Assembly (NCBI GenBank): GCA_000934665.2
Contig: KZ538542.1
Span: 47,940-67,939, forward strand
From: Catajapyx aquilonaris
Taxonomy: Eukaryota
Length of the DNA stretch: 20,000 nucleotides
Direction: 5' to 3'
Shown: positions 10,758 to 20,000 of the stretch, one piece after another
Layout of the letters: each line of letters opens with the position of its first letter
How positions within the stretch are numbered: position 1 is the stretch's first letter
Made by a program: the position numbers and the translations under genes
The notes under the pieces: generated by a model
What the model was told of the DNA's origin: nothing
The model's database searches: none
What the model saw: the letters and a program-made list of their open reading frames with translations, nothing else

Positions 10758-11206
10758 CAGGGTGAAGGGAAACTTGCTCCCAATCGCCAGGTAGACTGAT
10801 AGTACTCGCAAAATTAATATAGGGATGTGCAGTTACTTTTTGGCTCCGTTGCCTACTAGTAGTTAATGCGTACGGCGCCCTTAAAGTGTAGAGGACCGGA
10901 TGGTGGCATATGAGGCAAAAACGACAAGGTGCATGGGTGTCGTACCCGGATTCTTACTCTGACGGGATTTGATCGTCTATTGCACGTGGACGATGTGTTA
11001 GGGGACCGTGGCAAGGGGCCTGAGGCCCTCTAACTGACTTGTGCTTCTTAGAAGCTGGCGGAACGGATGTGACGTCACTAAATTGTGACGGCGCCGTACG
11101 TATTAACTACACAACGACGTCCAAAACTAATTGCACATCCCTATTATTAGTTTTACGAGTACTATAAGTCTACCTGGCGATTGCGTGGGAGTTTCCCTTC
11201 TTCCTG
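10758..11206. mobile_element. Tc1/mariner-like MITE with ~120-bp diverged TIRs
   Basis: CAGGGTGAAGGGAAAC..CAATCGCCAGGTAGAC..ATAGGGATGTGCA..CGTACGGCGCC is mirrored at ~11089-11206; right end followed by TA; left terminus duplicated (CAGGGTGAA at 10746 and 10758). Confidence 0.85.
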
Positions 11207-11566
11207 TATAGAGGCAGCAGGCGCTAAGCCTGATGGGACATATCTACAAAAGGAATACATTTCAAAGAGACAAGAGACAAGTTCAATAAGAACAGCACAT
11301 ACTAAATGGGGTAATCAGGTGTGTCACATACCCCACGGCCCAGTCCCTTGACCGCCTGGTCAAGACCAACAAAAAATGGCAAAAACAACTTCAAAATCAT
11401 AACAAAATATTCATCCAAGTCTGTTCAAGAAAAAATCATATATCGCACTAGGATTGGGCAATAAAAAATTCCTCAAATCCAAAACAGCAGAATAACAGCA
11501 TTCACAAGAAAAAAACACAAAATGTGCGCTTGAATCATCAACAACAAAAAAACACTGTTCGACACT

Positions 11567-11862
11567 GTACTCAACGATTGCGTAATGCTGCTTAAAAGTT
11601 TCAGCCATATTGCGCAATACCATGATGAGGGGAAAAAAATCACAAAAATCTGGAAATGGCTGAAAATGACGCCTTTTTTGGATGGTTTTTTTCGGTTAGT
11701 GGAAGTGGTCAACACCCAATGAATATATATCAGAAGAAATAGTATAACACCAACAAAATGCTCCTATGGAATTAGTTTTCCTCTAACATGTAAAAATAAA
11801 TTTTCATAGCATTTCATTAGTCACTTGCTCAGTCACATGCCCAAGAATTGTGACCTCAACAA
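11567..11862 (+). mobile_element. Diverged solo copy of the long-TIR arm found at 19082-19382
   Basis: Colinear matches such as CCTATGGAATTAGTTTTCCTCTAA and GTCACTTGCTCAGTCACATGCCCAAGAAT; similarity ends at GTGACCTCAACAAT in both copies. Confidence 0.9.
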
Positions 11863-12098
11863 TTACGATGTACTGTATTTGTGTTACATCAGACGTATTT
11901 GGTAACACTAGTTGTGACCGACATAAGGTCCCGTATGTTAAGTTTGAGGCCTGGGTCATGCAGGGTTTGCGAGAAAATAATAGATACGTTTTGCAGATAT
12001 TGCAGATACGTTAATTTCACCGTTCTACAAAAAACCTTTTTGCTCTCTCTTAAGATGTGAATGGCGATTCTTATAGTACTTTTCGCCTGGTGGCGCCT

Positions 12099-12327
12099 GG
12101 TGACGGGGACGGGATTTGAACCCCGGGAGGCCGGGGTTCAAATCCCGTCCCCGTCACCTCTGCTTGGCCGGGTCTTTTTCCGCTTTTCACCCGACATGCC
12201 GGGGCAGAATTGCACTCCCTACTCTGCCCAGGGCCAGGAGAAAATACCTGGTGTTTAAAGAATGTCAGAAATGACTACCGCACAGCGCCCTCCCCTAAGA
12301 GGACCTCGGGCTCTGTCACGGGGTATC

Positions 12328-12414
<87 letters not shown>
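12099..12414 (+). mobile_element. 5'-truncated tRNA-derived SINE with a 5' fold-back and (AAT)29 tail
   Basis: B box GGTTCAAATCCC (12135-12146); no A box, which is replaced by a 28-bp inverted copy; 3' part resembles the 4512 SINE; AAT tail at 12328-12414. Confidence 0.8.
12328..12414. repeat. (AAT)29 microsatellite (SINE tail)
   Basis: Perfect AAT run. Confidence 0.97.
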
Positions 12415-12415
<1 letters not shown>

Positions 12416-13599
12416 TACTAGTTTGGTCTTGGTAGTGGAGTAATGATCATATGTAACTATGAACGGCCCCGAAAGTGGGATTTACAATGGAACCTTATGG
12501 GCCTTCGAAATTTAAAATTGTAATATCTCAGGAAACTGAGGTGGACTATGATAGTTCCCCCGGAGGTCTTCATTTCTTAGAAATAATGGAAAGTACTGTA
12601 GCAACCCCCCCGGTTGGGGACCAGTGTCATAAGAAGCACGCCTTTTTTTGTATGAGAAGCTCTTCTTTTTCTTTCACTGAGAAACCCGAATTGGGTCAAT
12701 GTAATAGAGCATAAATAAAGTAAATTCACATTTTTGAACCCCCTTCCCCTCTCTGGATCTATAGAATATAACACTAAAGAATAAGGTGCAGGGTGCAAAA
12801 ATAGAGGACGGAGGAATAAAAAATGCAACCAATAACCTCCATTTCCTCGTGGGTCAATGACATCATAGGCAAGGGTGGGGGGTGAAGGGAAATCAGACAT
12901 AGGAGTGGGAGGGAGGGGGGATCTCCCCTTAGAGATCAAATATTGGAATATGAGCCACATTCGGTATCCAGAATTCCCAACCCTCGATTAGTGTCTGTCC
13001 CAAGACTTAGAGGTAGGTATGTCTATTTCTTTTTTTCTGTAGGGGGCAGAGGAGGGATGGGGACCGAAGGAGGTGGGAGGGTGGGCTAGGAAGGGAGGGA
13101 AAGATTGATAAGGATACCAGAACTCCGAGGGACTGAGCTATTGATTTCATGTTACTACGAATCCGCTCAAAACCACTACTGCCCGCCTCTCCTCTCTCCC
13201 ACCCCTTTGCCAAACTCTAGTTTCTAGCACCGCACACCTATTCGGAGTCTTTGGTTAATTTTAAGTTAACGATTCGTTCGTGTAAATTATAGTCAAGGGA
13301 GAAGTTGGGATTGAGAATATTGATTCTCCATCTGTGCACTTGGAGATCCTGCAGGTTGATCAGAGGTCAAGTGTCACGTAAACTAACACCATGGAATGTA
13401 TATTTTTACAAAATAATATCACCTAAAATAACTAAAATATGGAGCGTTGGTACCTGATTATCCGTCATAACACGACAAAATGATACACTTGATTGTAACA
13501 CTAGCTGCAGGATGTATCATTTCCCAAGCCAATAAAATAAGCGAATCCTTGCAAACTATACTGAATAAAGGCACAATATTTTAATTATCGTCATCGGAC

Positions 13600-13910
13600 T
13601 GACTTTAGTGACTTTACTGACTTTAGTGGGGGCTTAACGTCGCCCTATTTCTGCCGCTAAGGCTCAACACCGAAGCCAGGGGGTGGTCCTCCTCCTGGAA
13701 ATTTGGCCACTCTGGAGACCTTTAACGTGCACTCGCGCAATGTCAGAAGCACACGGGACCGACGCGACGGCTTTACTTCCTCTCCGAAGAATGGCGCACT
13801 CTCACTTTTCTACCACCCGGAGAAAAGTCACCGACCTCGGCCGTGTGCGAACCCACAACTTTGGGACCAGAGGCGAGTGCTGCGCTAACCACTAGTCCAC
13901 CGGCGCCGGC
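13600..13910 (-). mobile_element. Full-length tRNA-derived SINE with a Deu/Nin-like central domain
   Basis: Minus strand: A box TGGACTAGTGG, degenerate B box GGGTTCGCACAC, central TTCGGAGAGGAAGTAAAGCCG..GGTCCCG..GCACGTTAAAG (resembles Deu/Nin-domain SINEs, from memory), 9-bp tandem tail CA(C/G)TAAAGT x3; 14-bp TSD TATCGTCATCGGAC / TATAGTCATCGGAC (13586-13599 / 13911-13924). Confidence 0.88.
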
Positions 13911-13924
13911 TATAGTCATCGGAC

Positions 13925-14123
13925 CGCAACACCGTCGGGGTGCAGGGGGCTGAGGACGGCAACAAAACCTCCAGGCTCCTGTTTGGAACGCCTTCTACTT
14001 GCCTACTGGACAGGCTGAGATGAGCTGATGACTTCGGCGGTGTCCCTGGAGACATCCACCAACAAAGGACGGGCGAGGCAGGGATGCCATCTCATTTCTG
14101 AGTTGTTGGTACCACCAGATCGC
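13925..14123 (-). mobile_element. Possible decayed RTE-type LINE 3' end
   Basis: Frameshifted minus-strand motifs WYQQLRNEMASLPR and NRS.WR..VAVL resemble the RTE C-terminus (W.GH..R...RLP; DR..WR..V.AL); ends in a GATGACGAT tail-like sequence that is the TSD of the adjacent SINE. Confidence 0.35.
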
Positions 14124-14237
14124 ATCCCGTCGCATTGCATGGGACAAAGGAGGTGGTCTGGTGGTCTGGTTGTGCCAACAACTCAGCAATGAGATGGCAC
14201 TCCTGCCTCGCCGGTCCTTTGTTGGTGGACGTCTCCA
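14047..14237. repeat. Inverted repeat with 77-bp arms and a 37-nt loop
   Basis: 14047-14123 pairs with 14161-14237 with scattered mismatches; no TSD seen. Confidence 0.92.
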
Positions 14238-14265
14238 TGCATCTGAGCTTGCTTCAGAGCCATGC

Positions 14266-15881
14266 TTCTGAGCATATCTAGACGTGGGGCTACGATGGCT
14301 GATCACGCCGGAGGTCACTTTCGCAGGGTTGCCATATTTACCAGGTACAACATCCTTTAGGACCGTGTATTCTGTGACGAAAACATGAAACTCACCCAAT
14401 AGGTCTTTGAACGTCTGAACATGACTGTCAGGAAGTGGGTCCACTATGGATGGCTCCGCTGTGGGTCACTCTGGGGGGGGGGGGGGGNCCCCCGAATGAC
14501 ATAGAGATGTAGACTAGGTGAATTGGGTGATAAAGACGTGAAACTCGGTACACCAGTTCTTTGGACACTGCTGACAGTGAGCATATCTGGACGTTAGGCC
14601 ACGATGGCCGACCCTGACTGACGCCGCTGGAAGCCATTACCGCGGGGTTGCCATATCTAACAGACGATGCAGCATGCATGAGCGATTTCCCAAAACAAGT
14701 TCAGTCCATTTGCAACATTTTTCAGGAGAGAGAAAAAACTGTCTAGTTCAAAACCTAGTAGGTTTTAGCATTTCATCTTTGATAATTATGTTCTGAGTCT
14801 AATATGACACTTTTTCATGATATTGTGTGAGAAAATCATAGTATTGAAGGGACAGAAATAGGGTCATTTAAATTTAAAAATCTCTCCAAAAACAAGTTCA
14901 GTCCATGGACTGAACTTGTTTTCAGAGAAACTTAATGTGAAGTGATGGGGCTTGAAATAGCATTCAATTTAAGTTTCTCAAGTACAAGCTACTGTTCCAT
15001 TAATTTCTTGCTTCATTACCCCATCTGAAAGGCTAGGCAGAAGTACCAATACAACCAGAATGATTGATTTCACTGCAACAAATTATCTTATTCCAAATAA
15101 TATTTCCTGCACACTGGGAACTCAGCATAATCCTCCCACTGCATTAGGCTTCCAAAAATATACCATTTTAACTCCATTAATGATCAAGCATGACACCTAT
15201 TACCCAAACTGTGAGCGGCCGCCATGTTGAAAGGCACAGCTGATTAGCCGCTCTCGCGACTACGCATGCGCAGATGGATTGAACTCGTTGAGACAGGTCG
15301 GAAATATGAACTTGTTCTGGGAAAGATCGCAAACTTTATAGAGCCCAGTTCCGAGCAAACGGACCGGGTTTTCGGAGTGCCTGTTCGACACCTAACCTAT
15401 AGATCTGGGTATGGGCTACAAGGCTGTGGGCATCACTCATTTTCGGCAAATGTGGACTGAACTTGTTTTGGGAAATCGCTCTTCATTTATATTTGAATAG
15501 TCAATAGAGAGCTTGAATTTGGTGACAAAAACATGAAACTCGGCACATTAGTTCTTTGGACACATCTGAACATATCATTCTGGACGTGGGGCCACGATAG
15601 GTGACCCCGTTGGCTGTTAGATGTGGCAACCCCGCGATAGTGACCTCAGCGGGGTCGTTCCATGTCGGTCATGGTGGCCCCACATCCACATATACTCTGA
15701 AGTGTCCAATGAGCGAATGTTAGATATGGCAACCCCACGATAATGGCTTCCAGCGGCCTCGCGTCAGTCCGGATCGGCCTTCGTGGTCTCAGATATGCTC
15801 AGCCGTGTCCAAAGAACTGGTGTACCGAGTATCATACTTTTGTCACAAAATGCAAAGTTCAAACCCTTAGCACCCGGACTA
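14266..15881. mobile_element. Compound DNA-transposon-like repeat built of ~130-150-bp units in both orientations
   Basis: Unit GTGAC..CATGAAACTCGG..CCAGTTCTTTGGACAC..GAGCATATCTGGACGT..GGGGTTGCCATATCTAACA occurs forward at ~14266, 14373, 14526 and 15521, and inverted at ~15616 and 15718-15850. Confidence 0.7.
14680..15481. mobile_element. GAG..CTC non-autonomous DNA transposon (Sola2- or MULE-like), 802 bp, nested
   Basis: Perfect 29-bp TIR GAGCGATTTCCCAAAACAAGTTCAGTCCA; flanks TGCAT/TTCAT (possible 5-bp TSD); superfamily uncertain. Confidence 0.85.
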
Positions 15882-15996
15882 ATATCAACAACTCAGCTCA
15901 GCCTGTCCAGTCGGCACTTTGTTGTATTCCCCCACTTTCTCCCCCCAATTTCTGCGAGTACCTGACCAGGCTCCAGAATTTTTAAATATAATAATA

Positions 15997-16163
15997 CAGG
16001 GTATTACGGATTCGTGGATCACTTTTTGATAACTGATATCGCCCGATAGCAGTTTTTTTGTAGCTTTTGTGCCCCTAACAGTGTGCTTCATTCTATAACA
16101 CCTGCTCTACTACTCGACCCCTATCAGTTATCAAAAAGTGACCCACGAATCAGGAACACCCTG
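15997..16163. mobile_element. Tc1/mariner MITE (167 bp)
   Basis: TA|CAGGGT..; 42-bp TIRs with 4 mismatches; TA on both sides. Confidence 0.92.
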
Positions 16164-16254
16164 TATAATGGTCACTGATGTGAGGGTAACGAGGACCCCC
16201 TCCTCATTATCCGCTGGCACCCCAATATTTGGAAAAAGCCGTGATTCGTAATTA

Positions 16255-16870
16255 TGAATGTATATATGAATGTATGTATCATCGGAACTCATAGAAGGCC
16301 TTTGGTGCACTTCGTGACCTTTAGTGTGTCATCTTACATAATTATCATTAGCACTCTACACAACCCATAAACAGCGAGGATTTTGTCAGAAATGTGATCA
16401 TGGTGCCATTGACCGAATCTCATAATGCCAAAGTGTAGTTTTGGCCTTCCTCTTCTCTGCCACACGAGTTGCGCGGTCTCTGTGTAAAGAATAAAATATT
16501 GCAAAGCAGGATGTAAGAAAATAGTTAGGGAGAGATCGGGAAACAATCTACAGTAGAGGTTTTTGGCAGTAAGGCCAGACTGAAGGCACAATGCACTTTG
16601 AGGCCACATACAGTATTTGGGGCGTAGAAGACCAATACGTCCCCGGAGGCTCGTAGTGCAGAATCCGAGAGGTGAGTCGAGGCAGTGCACGACCTGCAAT
16701 AGCTTCAGCGTATGGACGTCCTGGATACCAGAGTCATGGTAAAGTAATAAGGCTGGGGCTTAATGGCAATAAAAATCTCTTTGCCCAACGGACAAATCTC
16801 GTCGTTGCTCCCGCAGGATTTTTCCCCTATTCCTGTTGTTTTTTAAGAGGATGGGAGCCAAGTTGGTTTC
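16255..16870 (-). mobile_element. Decayed I-group LINE 3' fragment (RNase H end, zinc-knuckle region, tail)
   Basis: Minus strand WLPS....GI...ND...LGKE resembles RNase H WVPSH.GI.GNE.AD.LAKE; LGFC...GRIGL..PN..CG resembles RLRLGH..L.RIG..P.C.CG; ATAC/ATTC-type tail at 16255-16280. Stops and frameshifts throughout. Confidence 0.4.
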
Positions 16871-17688
16871 CCAAATTTTTATGACCGCTTCCAGCGTTTT
16901 TCGCGGTTTTGATCAAACATGGTAAGGGGCGGTCTATAGTTTGGCCGATGTAAAATTGGAGGTGTGGACTTTTTTCTCGGCAAGGCCATTTCCTTGTTAA
17001 TTTTGTGGATGGCTTTAAAGAAGGCTAGTAAAGTATGATAGCTTCCCGTAATGTAAACCATATTATACTCTAATAGGATTTATCGATGTTACGACACTAA
17101 AAATGGAAAGCTTTAATCATTGTTGCCGCTATATGTAGTAGGACTATACATTAGTGTTTCCATCATGAAAATTCAAAACTACTATGAGCATGAGATGTCT
17201 GTCGCAAGTTTTCGAAATTCTGGCTGTAATTGCATATAAAAAAGACACTAATATAACGAACAAAAGGCATATCCTTCACTTGAGATTAAGAGACAAAATA
17301 ATATTGTGATAAAAAACTTACGTCATATAAAATCAAAGCAAAGTCTGACCTTTTCAAATGGGATGAGAAGGCTTAGCCTATATCTCATATGCTGCAAAAA
17401 TGAATTCGAGTCATGTCGTTGAAAAGCTAATTAAAAATGACATTTTAACCACAACTGTTCTGAATTAGCTTAGCTCTCCTCTGCTTTCTTCGAATATTCA
17501 CAAGTCATAGCTGACTATAACTACACTGAATTTCAAAAGTAAAATCCGTAGGCTATATTGGCCATAACTGTTTTAAAAGGCTTCCTCCAAGCATATAGAC
17601 ATAGCCCATATTATAATGTCACAGAATCTCTTTAATTAAACAGAATGTAGCTCGAGGCATTTTTTTATACCTCTGGACCAGGTTTTGT

Positions 17689-17844
17689 CAAGGGGGTAAC
17701 CACTCGGTATTCCGGTGTACATCTGCATGATAGTGGTACTTCCATGTACTCCTTAGGTGCTCACCTTACCATGTACCTTACTGCTTGGTACTCCTTGAAT
17801 TTGGTACTCCAGTGTACACTTTTCAGTCGAGTGGTTACCCCATT
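17689..17844. mobile_element. P- or hAT-like MITE (156 bp)
   Basis: Termini CAAGGGGGTAACCACTCG and reverse complement CAATGGGTAACCACTCG; perfect 8-bp TSD GGTTTTGT (17681-17688 / 17845-17852); internal GTAC motifs. Confidence 0.82.
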
Positions 17845-19062
17845 GGGTTTTGTAGCCAATGTCCAGAAATCTTACGGCCAATAAGCTTTCTATTATTTTG
17901 TTTCCTGTAGTGACTCCATACTGTGAGAAATGTTTTCTGAAGGTGACGACACAAGGTAGAGCCACTCTATGCAAGTCATGGACCTAAGTCAAAATGTTTT
18001 GCTTGAGGCTGCTAAGAGACAGTCTACTCGTCGGAACTGTTATACGTAGAAGGATGTACAGTACTGTACGACAATGTCTAACTAACTGCACAAGGCAGTA
18101 CTTATACACGATCATAATTCAAAATCTCGAACAGATCAAATGGTCACTTTTGATGTAGTGATAGAGTGAGGAGTAAGTTCCTCCAGATTTGTTAGTATCA
18201 AGTATACTCTGTCGAACCCTAAATAGTTTTGTGCTATCGGACAAAAATTAAATTGAGCATAACTTCTTTATTTTACCAACAGGCCAAATAGTTCTAAATG
18301 ATCTGGTAGACTGCATTGCAAATGAAAGCTAGGCTGATATACCATGGAGAATTATACAAAGCGAGAGTTATGGGCTTTCCGGCCGGCCGTGAAACCTTTT
18401 GATGCATACGTGCAGCCTTGTTTAGCTGCATTGCATATCACTCGACCCTAGTCTCCTCTCAGATGTGCAAGGTAATTTATGATCCCTATCTAATGTGGGC
18501 ATGCATTTAAAAAAACCTTCGATCCAGGAACATTCACCTTTCATTTGGTCGGAGCCTGTACAGTAGGGCGGCTCGAAAAACACTTTTTTTTCGAAAGTTG
18601 TAGTTCGCTAGTGAAAAGAAGTTGTGTTGGGCGATCCTTTTGACAGGTAAAAAATCTGAGTCATGTGGGTTAATATCCTACGGCTCCGCCAGGGGCGTAA
18701 GTGACGCAACTTCCGGGTTTTCTTTTTTGGTGTGCGAGTACACTTACCCGGCCTAAACATGAAAAGTGGAGGCCCTTTGGGGGTGAAATGTCGTTATTTT
18801 TGCGATATCTTGCACCGTTGACGAGATATTGACCAAAACCCCAGATTCAAATTACACGGTTCTGCAAAAAAAACACTCTCTTTCGATCTTTTGAAAACTT
18901 TTATGTGCTGTTTATGTATTTCGGGGTGCTGAATCCGAATCCGGCAACAGATTTGCTCTATCACATACGGTTTTTGAGATATATCGTTTTACAACTTTGG
19001 GCGGTTTACTAGGGGTCTTTCCGAATAAAGTGGGCCTAATGTTGCTAGACCGCCTCGGATCT

Positions 19063-20000
19063 TGGTGAAAATAATCCCAGATGTACTCATCTATTCCGTA
19101 ATGCTGCCTATAAAGATTCAGCCATATCGCTCAATACTATGATGAGGGGAAATATCGCAAACATCTGGAAATGGCTGAGAATTAGGCCTTTTTTGGAGAT
19201 TTTTTTTCGGTTAGTGCAAGTGGTCAAAACCCAATAAACATATATATCAAAAGAAAGGGAAACACCAGGACAATGCGCCTATGGAATTAGTTTTCCTCTA
19301 AACTGTAAAAATAAATTTTTATAGCATTTCATTGGTCACTTGCTCAGTCACATGCCCAAGAATATATTGTGACCTCAACAATATTATTATAATCGACTGC
19401 CCTTGGCCGACTCCATCTCGTACCTTTTACACTTATACAAAAACGTATATCACTGGTTCGGGCTGCCCTGCGGAGAAAACCCTTACGCAGTCCTGGAAAT
19501 ACACTTCGACAACTGTGAAAAACAACGATTCTTGATTTAAGTGTCGTGTCTCCCAAAATTTGAGTTTTCTCAAAGGTTGTACAATCATGATAGAGCCATT
19601 CTGACTTCAGATCTGGATTCAACACACCTTAATCTATATAGTCCATCTGCTTTTATCCAAAACAGAATTTTTATGCAGAACATGTTGAGGTCACAATATA
19701 TTCTTGGGCATGTGACTGAGCTAGTGACAAATGAAATGCTATAAAAATTTATTTTTACAGTTTAGAGGAAAACTAATTCCATAGGCGCATTGTCCTGGTG
19801 TTTCCCTTTCTTTTGATATATATGTTCATTGGGGTTTGACCACTTGCACTAACCGAAAAAAAATCTCCAAAAAAGGCCTCATTCTCAGCCATTTCCAGAT
19901 GTTTGCGATATTTCCCCTCATCATAGTATTGAGCGATATGGCTGAATCTTTATAGGCAGCATTACGGAATAGATGAGTACATCTGGGATTATTTTCACCA
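19063..20000. mobile_element. Long inverted repeat (>=318-bp arms, 302-bp spacer), probably a foldback DNA element truncated by the window edge
   Basis: 19063-19380 is the reverse complement of 19683-20000 with about 5 mismatches counted by eye; the left arm probably starts near 18561-18564 (TA|CAGTAGGGCGGCTCGAAAA). Confidence 0.93.

Noticed and set aside
12420..13010. MITE-like interior with GTCTTGG..CCAAGAC ends
   Set aside because: Inverted match too short and no TSD; boundaries not supportable.
14266..15881. CRISPR-like array
   Set aside because: Units are long, diverged and in both orientations, with no regular spacers or cas genes; the context is eukaryotic.

Overview
AT-rich, repeat-dense eukaryotic DNA, probably intronic or intergenic sequence from an invertebrate animal (the SINE and MITE types suggest an arthropod; this is inference). 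No protein-coding gene or intact transposase/RT ORF is supported; the listed ORFs are short, microsatellite-derived or span repeats. The window is mostly a transposon graveyard. It holds about 10 non-autonomous DNA elements with readable TIRs/TSDs (Harbinger-, pogo/Tc1-, hAT-, piggyBac-, P- and Sola/MULE-like), several of them nested. It also holds three tRNA-headed SINEs, decayed LINE/Penelope relics, four microsatellites, an assembly gap and several long inverted repeats, including a >=318-bp, ~98% identical inverted pair running off the right edge. The most notable observations are: two retroposons whose 5' ends are replaced by fold-back copies of themselves, a 288-bp nearly spacerless palindrome bracketed by a 10-bp direct repeat, two different SINEs sharing a 3' tail, and a speculative pair of phase-compatible Cys-rich exons. 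All superfamily labels come from terminal motifs and TSD length read by eye, not from database searches.
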